From positions 23,722 to 87,721 of the forward strand of contig JAGVGJ010000032.1 of NCBI GenBank assembly GCA_020057115.1: a DNA stretch of 64,000 nt, written 5' to 3'. The notes below the pieces were generated by a model, which worked only from the letters and a program-made list of their open reading frames with translations, made no database searches and had not been told where the DNA came from. The DNA comes from Candidatus Omnitrophota bacterium (GTDB lineage: Bacteria > Omnitrophota > Gorgyraeia > 2-01-FULL-45-10). Position 1 is the first letter of the stretch; each line of letters opens with the position of its first letter. The translations under genes were made by a program, and so were the position numbers. Shown piece after piece: positions 47,324 to 55,964 of the stretch.

Positions 47324-48284
47324 CCCCGTAATGGATCCGCATAGCTTCTTCCACTAAATATGAGGCCATATCTATGCGGTCACGCCTGCGCCCATTATTC
47401 TCAAGAATTACGCTGTTCAGGCTATCGAGGTCCTGTAAAAGAATGCCCTCGATATTACCGGCTTCCGGCTCTATATCCCTTGGCACCGCAAGATCGTATA
47501 TATAAAGAGGCCGGCCCCGTTTTTTGATCGCGCCCGACAGATCTTCTCTCTTTAAGACAAAATGCGGGCTCGACGTAGCACATACAAGCGCATCCGCTTT
47601 TAAAATTATCTGCGGAAGATCTTTCAAGAGCGCAACTTCACCGTCTGAGCGTCCGGCCAATCTCTTCGCTTTTTCGAAATTTTTGCGCGCAACGAATGTA
47701 AGGCCGATATTTACCGGCCTACAGTTTGCGATGAGCTCGGCTATCTTGCCGGTACCGACTACGATAAGGCGCAGCCCGCCTTTCGGTTTTATGCGAGATG
47801 AGATATCGTTAAAGACGATCGTCGATATGTTATCCATATCCTGATCGAGCCTTGAACGGATTCGGATATCTTTCGATAGCGCCAATGCCTCATGCCACAA
47901 TCGGGAGATAGTAAAAGGAAGATCCGCCTTAAATGCCCAATTCTCGAGCTGCGACAGTATCTCTTTCTCCCCCTGAAATTGGGACTCGAGGCCAGCCGCA
48001 AGCCGAAGGGCATGGCGAAAGACATCTCTCTTGCCGTGCACAACATGCGCGTATCTTCGCAGATCAGGAAATGTATTGAAGAGCTTTTCGGCGCGGGTAA
48101 AAGCCTCGTCTCGATCGTCCGCAATGCCGTAAAGTTCTATGCGGTTGCATGTAGCAAGCAGAGCCGACTGGCGTGGCCCTGCGCTTTCACAGAAGCCGGC
48201 TATCGCCTTACTTTCGCGATAAATATGCTCGCGCGCGCTTAAGGGAGAGCTTTTGTGGTCTACTCCTATAAGATAGAAAAACAT
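47280..48284 (-). CDS. hemA: glutamyl-tRNA reductase, short form
   Basis: TCNRIE, AAGLES..GE.EI..Q, DLAVPRDIE; only 334 aa. Confidence 0.9.
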   Translation of the reverse strand: MFFYLIGVDHKSSPLSAREHIYRESKAIAGFCESAGPRQSALLATCNRIELYGIADDRDEAFTRAEKLFNTFPDLRRYAHVVHGKRDVFRHALRLAAGLESQFQGEKEILSQLENWAFKADLPFTISRLWHEALALSKDIRIRSRLDQDMDNISTIVFNDISSRIKPKGGLRLIVVGTGKIAELIANCRPVNIGLTFVARKNFEKAKRLAGRSDGEVALLKDLPQIILKADALVCATSSPHFVLKREDLSGAIKKRGRPLYIYDLAVPRDIEPEAGNIEGILLQDLDSLNSVILENNGRRRDRIDMASYLVEEAMRIHYGDVYDKEYQGRNAIK

Positions 48285-48732
48285 CCCAGTGCTCCTTTAG
48301 GAAATTCTTAAGATCACGGCTCAAGACCGGGTCTTTTCCGTCTGTATATACGGCGACCAGGGCCTTGGATATGCGTAATATGGCGGGAGATATAAAATCG
48401 CTAGCTCGCGGTTTGTCGACTACATTGACCGGGACTTTCAGCTTTCTCGCCCATCGGCTGATATCTTCATTGGCCTTATTGTCTGAGGTGGCGACGATGA
48501 CAATGTCGGCCTTCTTTAAATCAGAGGCGCGTATGGCCCTCCTGGTCCATCTGATCTTGCGCAGCTTCACAAGGTTTTTCAAGCGCGACGTCAACGCTGG
48601 CGATACCACATGTAGTTTCGCGCCGGAGGCTAAGAATGAATCCGCTTTGCGCTCGGCGACCTTGCCGCCGCCCGCGATCAGTGCGGACTTTCCTTCCAAA
48701 TTTATTGCTATCGGATAATAAGAGAGTCTCAT
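48208..48732 (-). CDS. precorrin-2 dehydrogenase / sirohydrochlorin ferrochelatase (SirC/Met8-like)
   Basis: GGGKVAERK, VNVVD.P...DF. Confidence 0.88.
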   Translation of the reverse strand: MRLSYYPIAINLEGKSALIAGGGKVAERKADSFLASGAKLHVVSPALTSRLKNLVKLRKIRWTRRAIRASDLKKADIVIVATSDNKANEDISRWARKLKVPVNVVDKPRASDFISPAILRISKALVAVYTDGKDPVLSRDLKNFLKEHWDVFLSYRSRPQKLSLKRARAYLSRK

Positions 48733-48749
48733 TGGATTTATTTTTCGGA

Positions 48750-49685
48750 TCAAAACTCAAAATACTGGGTCATTGAAAAATATCTCTCCCCCGTATCGGG
48801 AAAGACAGTCACAACCCTCTTCCCGGCGCCTATCGCTTTCGCCACCTTCAAAGCTGCCCAGAGAGCCGCTCCCGAGGAAAAACCGCAGAATATGCCCTCT
48901 TGCCTTACTACCAGTTTTGCGGTTTCATAAGCATCCCGGTCCTTAACCACGATGATATCATCAATTACCGACCTATTCAAGATATCCGGAACAAAACCTG
49001 CTCCTATGCCCTGGATCTTATGCGGGCCTGCTGGCTTACCGGATAGGACCGCACTTGCCTCCGGCTCCACGGCTATGACCTTTATCTTTGGATCATATTC
49101 CTTCAGCACCTCTCCTATCCCTGTAATTGTCCCGCCCGTACCGACTCCCGCCACGAAGCAATCGAGCCTTCCCCCTGTCTGCTTAAGGATCTCTTTTGCC
49201 GTAGTCTTTCTGTGTATCTCCGGATTTGCCGGATGCTTGAATTGTTGCGGCATGAAGGCATTACGCGTCTTAGAGAATATCTCTTCCGCTTTCTTTATGG
49301 CGCCCTTCATCCCTTCGCTGCCTTTTGTGAGTACTACCTCGGCTCCGTAACTTCTCAGGATATGGATCCTCTCCAGGCTCATCGTCTCGGGCATGGTTAA
49401 TATACATCTATATCCTTTGACTGCCGAGACCATGGCTAGTCCTATGCCGGTATTCCCGCTCGTAGGTTCTATGATCGTCGATCCTGGCTTTACGATACCA
49501 TTTCGCTCGGCGTCTTCGATCATGGCAAGAGCTATCCTATCCTTTACGCTTCCGGCCGGATTTAACAGCTCGAGTTTGGCGAGTATCTCTGCCGAATCCG
49601 GGCCGGATATCTTTTTAAGTTTCACTAATGGCGTATTGCCGATAGACTCCAGGATATTCTCGCTCATCTTCAGATCTTCGCGCAT
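48750..49685 (-). CDS. cysK: cysteine synthase, second copy
   Basis: [21 protein letters not shown]; AAGGAGG RBS before ATG 49685. Confidence 0.95.
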   Translation of the reverse strand: MREDLKMSENILESIGNTPLVKLKKISGPDSAEILAKLELLNPAGSVKDRIALAMIEDAERNGIVKPGSTIIEPTSGNTGIGLAMVSAVKGYRCILTMPETMSLERIHILRSYGAEVVLTKGSEGMKGAIKKAEEIFSKTRNAFMPQQFKHPANPEIHRKTTAKEILKQTGGRLDCFVAGVGTGGTITGIGEVLKEYDPKIKVIAVEPEASAVLSGKPAGPHKIQGIGAGFVPDILNRSVIDDIIVVKDRDAYETAKLVVRQEGIFCGFSSGAALWAALKVAKAIGAGKRVVTVFPDTGERYFSMTQYFEF

Positions 49686-49732
49686 TGCAATCCCCTCCTT
49701 ATATAATATTGCGTATTTCCCGCCGCGATCAT

Positions 49733-50704
49733 TTATCTCTTCAAGAAAAGGCCTGATAATAGATATGCTATTGCGACCGAAAGGACAGGCGTGATAGCCC
49801 ATACGATGAATGTCTTCTTGGTCAAGTGCTGATCTAATGTGTGTCTATGTCCGTCTTTTACGGAACTGATCGCAAATATCGAAGCAAGATTAAGCTGTAC
49901 CAGCGATTGCGGTATGCCCAAGAAAGAAGCGAATATAAGAAGCGTCGCCGTTACAAATGAGACGAGCGTCCCCGAAGCCTTCCCTAACGGCACTATCTCC
50001 CGCCCCACAGTCTCAAGGAGCTTTCCTCCCATCAACCAGGCCCCTAACCCGAATAGAGGAGCGATACATAACAATCCCAAGCGTATATCCAGGATACCCG
50101 CCCCGTATATAGGTCCGACGGCATTTGCGACATTATTCGTGCCGATCGCGAACGCGACATAGCAACTCGCTATTAAAGCGGATCTTTTCAGTTTCTTCTC
50201 GTTCGCGAACATCGTTTGATAAATATGAAGATTATCATGTTTGGGCGGATATATGAGCCTGTACAATATGAGGGTCAAGACATATGACGCCAGAGGCAAC
50301 AGGATCCACATCGGCAATATTTTATAGAACAATGTCTTCGTATTAAGATGCTGGAAGTGCATACCGACTCCTACGATCGCGCCGACAGTAACCTGGCTTG
50401 TGGATTGCGGGATCTTCAGCATGTTCGCCAGAAATAGGCTTGATGTCGCGGAGCTTAAAATAACCAATACAGCCTCGAGGGTTATAAGCTCCTTCGGTAT
50501 CAAGCCTTTTCCCAGCGTCATCGCTACATTCCTACCCAGGATCACCGCACCGATGACAACAAAGACCCCGAATATGTACAGTGCGGTCTTCTTCTTTATC
50601 AGTTTGCCTCCGTAGGCGGCGGCAAAGGACGGAGCTACGCCGCTGGCGCCCATGTTAATGGCAAAGAATATGACCACTATGACCAACAATCCATACTTCA
50701 ACAT
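49733..50704 (-). CDS. PiT-family anion permease, probable sulfate permease (CysP-like)
   Basis: NMGASG, PQSTSQ, GTNNVANAVG; inside the cys operon. Confidence 0.82.
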   Translation of the reverse strand: MLKYGLLVIVVIFFAINMGASGVAPSFAAAYGGKLIKKKTALYIFGVFVVIGAVILGRNVAMTLGKGLIPKELITLEAVLVILSSATSSLFLANMLKIPQSTSQVTVGAIVGVGMHFQHLNTKTLFYKILPMWILLPLASYVLTLILYRLIYPPKHDNLHIYQTMFANEKKLKRSALIASCYVAFAIGTNNVANAVGPIYGAGILDIRLGLLCIAPLFGLGAWLMGGKLLETVGREIVPLGKASGTLVSFVTATLLIFASFLGIPQSLVQLNLASIFAISSVKDGHRHTLDQHLTKKTFIVWAITPVLSVAIAYLLSGLFLKR

Positions 50705-50720
50705 CTCTATGCCTTCTTTC

Positions 50721-51434
50721 TTACTTCGCTGTCTTCTTTAGCGGCCTCGTGTGTATCCCGCATTCTCCGCCGCACTTTGAGGTGCCTATCCAGCGGCCGG
50801 CGCGCTCATTGTCATCATTCGTTATCTTTGAGCACGGCGCGCAACCGAGCGAGCGGTACCCTTCAGCGTAGAGAGGATTGACCGGGACCTGATAGAGCGC
50901 GAGATATTGCCATACTTCGCGTTCTTTCCAGATGAGAATAGGATTCAACTTCACCAAGCCCTTGTCTCTCTCCTCGACCTCTTTAAAGTCGGTCCGCGTG
51001 CGCCCCTCTGTGCAGCGCAGGCCCGTCACCCAGCACTTAACATGCATCTCTTCGATAGCCTGCTGGACAGGCTCGACTTTCAGTATGTCGCAACATTTGT
51101 CCGGATCGGTCAAGTAAAGTTTATCGGATATAGGAGCGTCGTTCTTATAGACCTTTGTCTCCGGATACCTCTTCACGACCTCGCCCATGAACTTAACCGT
51201 CTCCGGCGGCTTGAACCTGGTAGTTACAACGAAGCCGCGTATCTTCGGGTTCACTCTCTTGGCCAAGTCCCACACCACGACAGAATCCTTTCCGAGAGAA
51301 TTGGCTACGACCAGAGAATCGCCGTATTTCTCATACGCCTCTTTTATAAGTTGTTTAGACCTCTCCACCTTCTCCTTAAAATTCAGCGTCTCCACTAATG
51401 TCTTCAGATCATCTTTATTATTCAACAGACTCAT
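50721..51434 (-). CDS. cysH: APS/PAPS reductase, 4Fe-4S type
   Basis: CCDILKVEP, GYRSLGCAPC, ERAGRW, ECGIH. Confidence 0.93.
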   Translation of the reverse strand: MSLLNNKDDLKTLVETLNFKEKVERSKQLIKEAYEKYGDSLVVANSLGKDSVVVWDLAKRVNPKIRGFVVTTRFKPPETVKFMGEVVKRYPETKVYKNDAPISDKLYLTDPDKCCDILKVEPVQQAIEEMHVKCWVTGLRCTEGRTRTDFKEVEERDKGLVKLNPILIWKEREVWQYLALYQVPVNPLYAEGYRSLGCAPCSKITNDDNERAGRWIGTSKCGGECGIHTRPLKKTAK

Positions 51435-51470
51435 TTTTCTTCTCCTTTTGTTTTTCCTTTTTCTATAAAT

Positions 51471-51512
51471 AAAAAAACCCGCATTCCTTTTAGCTCTCTT
51501 CCGGCAGCGGGT
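51471..51512 (-). terminator. intrinsic terminator of the cys attenuator
   Basis: ACCCGC...GCGGGT stem followed by a T run, directly upstream of cysH. Confidence 0.75.
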
Positions 51513-51535
51513 CGTCTATCTTATGTGCTATATTG

Positions 51536-51613
51536 TCACATAAAACATCCTCCGCGCGCAAGAGAGCCACGCATTTGCATACAACACATCATTCCATAAC
51601 AATTAACTGCCAT
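51536..51613 (-). CDS. Cys/Met-rich attenuator leader peptide MAVNCYGMMCCMQMRGSLARGGCFM
   Basis: AAGGGAG RBS; 4 Cys and 6 Met in 25 aa; its 3' half is complementary to the terminator's 5' arm and loop. Confidence 0.75.
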   Translation of the reverse strand: MAVNCYGMMCCMQMRGSLARGGCFM

Positions 51614-51624
51614 CGACATCTCCC

Positions 51625-52065
51625 TTAAATAGAATAAGCTGCTATATTCTGTGCAGCGCTTATCTCCTTGACCATGTCTTCGAAAGTCGTGTTGTCTACT
51701 ATTTCGGATGTTACCTGAAAGACCTTTTTCCAGATGCCCCTGAACGCGCATTTATATATATCTCCGCACTTTGAATAGCCTTCCTTTACACATGCGATCG
51801 GCTCTATAGGGCCATCCATGAACCTTATAACCTCTCCTATTGTTATAGCCTCCGGGGGTTTAGACAGAAGATATCCACCCACTTTACCGCGCCTTGACTC
51901 GATAAAACCGCCCCTTTTTAAGTCTAATAGTACCTGCTCTAAGAATTTTACAGGGGCATCTATGTGCTTTGCCACCTCATGTATGGTCACCGGAGCCCCA
52001 CCATAATGAAGAGCTAGGTCTAATACTGCTTTTAGTGCGTAATCTCCCTTAAAAGTGATCTTCAT
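51625..52065 (-). CDS. Rrf2-family regulator (CymR/IscR-like)
   Basis: KGDYAL, FLEQVL, SRRG..GGY; three Cys (C..EGYSKC.....C). Confidence 0.93.
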   Translation of the reverse strand: MKITFKGDYALKAVLDLALHYGGAPVTIHEVAKHIDAPVKFLEQVLLDLKRGGFIESRRGKVGGYLLSKPPEAITIGEVIRFMDGPIEPIACVKEGYSKCGDIYKCAFRGIWKKVFQVTSEIVDNTTFEDMVKEISAAQNIAAYSI

Positions 52066-52105
52066 GACAACCTCTATATCTCTATAATCTCTATTAACAT
52101 AGTAT

Positions 52106-52134
52106 AGTATACATTAAAATAAAAATAGTGTCAA
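52106..52134 (-). promoter_or_regulatory. sigma70 promoter of the Rrf2-cys operon
   Basis: TTGACA-17 nt-TATACT. Confidence 0.75.
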
Positions 52135-52143
52135 GTCTTTTTT

Positions 52144-52180
52144 AAAAAAATTCAGCCCATCCAAAACGGATGAGCTGAAT
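52144..52180 (-). terminator. intrinsic terminator downstream of btuB
   Basis: ATTCAGC.CATCC/GGATG.GCTGAAT hairpin followed by a T run on the minus strand. Confidence 0.65.
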
Positions 52181-52493
52181 AATTTGGTGAGGGGGTATCC
52201 CTCTCACTATATACGTATCTCTGAAATCATTGTTGCTATTATACAGTTATGAATCATAAGGAACAAGGAATTTCTGAAATCAGAGAGGTGCGTTTTAGAG
52301 AACTATTCGGACATGTCTAAAGGCTCGAAAATGTCCACTTAAGGGACAAAAATCGCTTATTTTGTCCAATTCTGTCCGGACTTTTCGATAGACATTTTAC
52401 ATAACTTCTTTAAACGCAAGCGGATACAAAATGTCCATCTTTTTGGGTGGACATTTTGGATTTAGACGATTTATGCCCAGTAACTTTACGGAA

Positions 52494-54494
52494 CTAAAAA
52501 TCCCCGCTTATCCCAATCTCGAATGTTCTGCCAGGCTCCGGAGTAAAGTAATTAATTCTTCCGCGCTTATATCCGGAAGAATTGTACTCTTTATTAAGTA
52601 TGTTATATGCAGCAACAAATACCTCAAGCCACTTATATTTGTATGATATCTTCGCATCTAATGTATTGTAATGGCCAAGCACATCGACATTGGCCGCATC
52701 TATGTATGTTTTCCCCACCCATGTTGATGCCACATAAGCCGTAAAACCGAAATCCGTATATATATTCATCCCGATGGTTCCTTTATTAATCGGAACGTTA
52801 ACTAGAAATTTATTCTTAAAAGCGCCGTCGCTGTCATCCACGGCTCTCGTATACGTATAATTACCGAAGAACGACACGGGGTCCGTAATTTTATAATCTG
52901 CGCTTACTTCTATGCCATCGTGAAACGTCCTGCCATAATTTTGATATTGTCTGCTGGCATTGTCATACCAGATCTCATTATTTATCTTCATCCAATACAC
53001 GCTCACACTCGTCATAAGGCGCTCATTAAAATGATGGCGCACGCCTATTTCGTAGTTTGTAGCTTCCTCTGGCAATAAATTCGTATTAGCGGAGCTCCCA
53101 TAAGTAAACATCTGGCCTATGGTAGGAGCTCGAAAGGCTTGGCCAAAGTTTCCGTACAATTCGGAATCTTTCTGATAGGCCCATACTACACCACAACTGG
53201 GCGTTACTTTCGACATCAGCTTGTCTTTAGAATTTGATGGCAGCCTCCTATCATCAAAGTTAAACTTTATCCAGTCATAGCGCACTCCACAAATAATCTT
53301 CAGGGCTTCTAAAAGCCTGATCTCATCCTGAAGATATGGCCCTACCATGTTTCTTACGACATCGTAACTGGCGGTCGGTGCGCCGCGTCTATTTTGAAAT
53401 GGCGCATTATTCTCTTCATAATCAAAGTCGTTTCTCTCAAGGTCGATCCCAGTGACAAAAGAATGATTCATGTTTAATAATTCTGCTGTTGTCGTGAAGC
53501 GAACGGGCAGACCAAATGTATTCTCAGCCTCAATCTGCTCTCTTGTAGTGCTTTGTGTTGAACCGCTGGTATAAAATGACTCCATCCCGTCAAACCGATA
53601 ATAGAATACCGTGTCGAGATTAGAGGATGCTCCGATATCCCAGCTATGAGTAAGGTCCATCGAGAACTTATCCGCACCGGTGGAATCATTTTCTGTTCCG
53701 GGCCTGGCCTGACGCCTGTTTTGCGCGATCTGGGCCGCCGACAATGCCCACGGAAATGCCCCTTGAGTCTTAGCGCTGTAGTCGAAATTAAACTTTAAAT
53801 TATGGTCATCGTTTATTGAATAATCGAATTTACCATAGACTTGTATATTTTCATAATCGCCATGTTCGCGGAATCCGTTCGTCAGTCTGCTGCTTACGCC
53901 CATGTAATACCCGAAGCGGTTAAATTCCCCCGACAGATATGCTGCATAATTCTGTGTAGCATAGGTGCCGTATGAAAAAAAGACGCCGGCATGCGGGGCG
54001 CCGCTCGGTTTTTTAGTTATGATATTGATTACACCCGACATGGCATTATCGCCATAAAGGCTCGAGGCAGGTCCTCTCATAACTTCTATACGTTCGACAT
54101 TGTTGATAGGTATCAGATCCCAGTTCACCAACTTATCTTTGCCCTTATTTTGGGGTATCCCGTCCACTAAGACAAGTTGATGGCTCGACATTCCACCATA
54201 AAAACCGCGCATATTTATTGTCCCACCCGCGCCCACACCGGTGGCATCATACGCATAAATGCCCTGAAGATCTTTCAGGGCATCCGGGACGGTCTTGGCA
54301 TCAGACCTTTCTATATCTTTTTCTGTGACAATACTCACGCTGGCGGCGACATCCGACAACCCCTTTGCTACTCTGGATGGGGTTACTACTATAGGCTCGA
54401 GAGTCATGGCATTTGATGCGGCTGGTTTATCTTCGGCACGCGCCATACCGGCCATTGCCAGTAATAATACTACACAAATCCATATTTTCTTCAT
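52494..54494 (-). CDS. btuB: TonB-dependent receptor, probable corrinoid importer
   Basis: Signal peptide, PIVVTPSR TonB-box region, LVLVDG, ERIEVMRGPASSLYG, terminal F; riboswitch upstream. Confidence 0.88.
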   Translation of the reverse strand: MKKIWICVVLLLAMAGMARAEDKPAASNAMTLEPIVVTPSRVAKGLSDVAASVSIVTEKDIERSDAKTVPDALKDLQGIYAYDATGVGAGGTINMRGFYGGMSSHQLVLVDGIPQNKGKDKLVNWDLIPINNVERIEVMRGPASSLYGDNAMSGVINIITKKPSGAPHAGVFFSYGTYATQNYAAYLSGEFNRFGYYMGVSSRLTNGFREHGDYENIQVYGKFDYSINDDHNLKFNFDYSAKTQGAFPWALSAAQIAQNRRQARPGTENDSTGADKFSMDLTHSWDIGASSNLDTVFYYRFDGMESFYTSGSTQSTTREQIEAENTFGLPVRFTTTAELLNMNHSFVTGIDLERNDFDYEENNAPFQNRRGAPTASYDVVRNMVGPYLQDEIRLLEALKIICGVRYDWIKFNFDDRRLPSNSKDKLMSKVTPSCGVVWAYQKDSELYGNFGQAFRAPTIGQMFTYGSSANTNLLPEEATNYEIGVRHHFNERLMTSVSVYWMKINNEIWYDNASRQYQNYGRTFHDGIEVSADYKITDPVSFFGNYTYTRAVDDSDGAFKNKFLVNVPINKGTIGMNIYTDFGFTAYVASTWVGKTYIDAANVDVLGHYNTLDAKISYKYKWLEVFVAAYNILNKEYNSSGYKRGRINYFTPEPGRTFEIGISGDF

Positions 54495-54521
54495 CTTTTC
54501 CTCCGTCGCGGATACTTTCCA

Positions 54522-54615
54522 GAATAGACAATCGACCGGACTCGCTCTTTATTTATAAGAGATTACCGTTGCGGGGCAGTGCTCCGGATTTCACGGAGAC
54601 TTCCTTTATCTATCC
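54522..54615 (-). ncRNA. cobalamin riboswitch (short type)
   Basis: AAGGAAGTCTCCGTGAAATCCGGAGCACTGCCCCGCAACGGTAA...GAGTCCGG core in the btuB leader; boundaries approximate. Confidence 0.85.
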
Positions 54616-54636
54616 GGCTACATTCGCATGTTTTAA

Positions 54637-55167
54637 TTAATATTCTATACCGACCCTTCTTCGCATCCCTTTGTCATAGGGATGTTTGGTCTTTGCTATT
54701 TTACTCACAAGATCAGCGCGTCTGATCACCTCCCCTTTCGCGCCCCGGCCTGTTAATACGAGTTCCAAACCCCGGGGCTTTGATTTCATTATATGTAATA
54801 CTTCGTCTTTTTTTAAGAAACCGTCTCTTAGGGAAATTATTATTTCATCCAGGATAATCATATCGTATTTGTTGTTATTATAGAGTAATTCAATACATCG
54901 CAATCCTTTTAAGCACTCTCTTCGAACCTTATCCGGATTCAATTTCTTATAAAAATGCGGATGTTTCCTGGCAAACCCAAAAATATCCACCCCAATTTTT
55001 TTTAATATCTTATGTTCACCATAACCCCATCTTTTCGGGTCTTTATGAAAATATATGTAAGCGACTTTAAAACCGTGCCCCACAGCTCTTATGGCCAGCC
55101 CGATCGCTGCTGTAGTCTTTCCCTTGCCGGTGCCTGTATAGATATGAATTAAACCTTTTTTCGTCAT
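54637..55167 (-). CDS. cobO: cob(I)alamin adenosyltransferase
   Basis: YTGTGKGKTTAA, ILDE, LVLTGR, KHPY...GIEY. Confidence 0.94.
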   Translation of the reverse strand: MTKKGLIHIYTGTGKGKTTAAIGLAIRAVGHGFKVAYIYFHKDPKRWGYGEHKILKKIGVDIFGFARKHPHFYKKLNPDKVRRECLKGLRCIELLYNNNKYDMIILDEIIISLRDGFLKKDEVLHIMKSKPRGLELVLTGRGAKGEVIRRADLVSKIAKTKHPYDKGMRRRVGIEY

Positions 55168-55964
55168 TTTTTACGTACCTTTCGCTTTTCTTCTTCCGAA
55201 ACAAGAATAATATATGGTTTTAAGGATATCGGGTTCTTTTCCACAACGACTACTGTCTTGTAAACATCTTCGATGGTCTTGTAATCCAGGACGTCCTGTG
55301 GCGAGCCTTCTTTATATACGGCACCTCCAGACAAGAGCGCCACCCTATCGCAATATTCGCTGGCAAGGTTAAGGTCATGCAGGATTATGATCACGGTAAG
55401 GGATAATTCTCTGTTTAACCTTTTCAATAGATCAAGAACTCGAACCTGATGCGTTATGTCAAGATGTGATGTGGGTTCATCCAGAAGAAGATATTTTGGC
55501 TCTTGCGCCAGAGCACGCGCGATCAGGACGAGCTGCCTTTCTCCGCCCGATATCTCTGACATAGCCCTATCCTTAAACTTAAGGGTATCGGTCAATGTCA
55601 TCGCGTTGTCGGCGATCTCTTCATCATGTTTCGTCTCCAGAAACTGAAGGCCTCTGTAATGAGGTATTCTCGAAAGAAGAACAAATTCCCCCACATTGAG
55701 GTCATCGGTAGATACGCTTTGAGAAACAACCGATATGGTTCTGGCCAGCTCCCTGAGATCTATATGCCATATGTTATTCCCCCGAAGGAGTATCTCTCCT
55801 TTTTCCGGTTTAAGGACACGGGTCATGGAGCGCAAAAGCGTTGTTTTGCCGGATCCGTTCGGGCCTATTATCCCGAAGAAACCGCCTTCTTCAATCGCAA
55901 GATTCACATCTTTAAGATGAAATCTCTTATCATAACCGCATGTCAGGTTCTTTATCTCAAACAA
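55164..55964 (-). CDS. btuD: corrinoid ABC transporter ATPase
   Basis: GPNGSGKT, ISGGERQ, LDEPTSHLD, HDLNLA. Confidence 0.88.
   Translation of the reverse strand: MFEIKNLTCGYDKRFHLKDVNLAIEEGGFFGIIGPNGSGKTTLLRSMTRVLKPEKGEILLRGNNIWHIDLRELARTISVVSQSVSTDDLNVGEFVLLSRIPHYRGLQFLETKHDEEIADNAMTLTDTLKFKDRAMSEISGGERQLVLIARALAQEPKYLLLDEPTSHLDITHQVRVLDLLKRLNRELSLTVIIILHDLNLASEYCDRVALLSGGAVYKEGSPQDVLDYKTIEDVYKTVVVVEKNPISLKPYIILVSEEEKRKVRKK

Noticed and set aside
51536-51751. 71-aa ORF overlapping the Rrf2 gene
   Set aside because: Only the last 25 codons have an RBS and lie outside Rrf2; reported as the leader peptide instead
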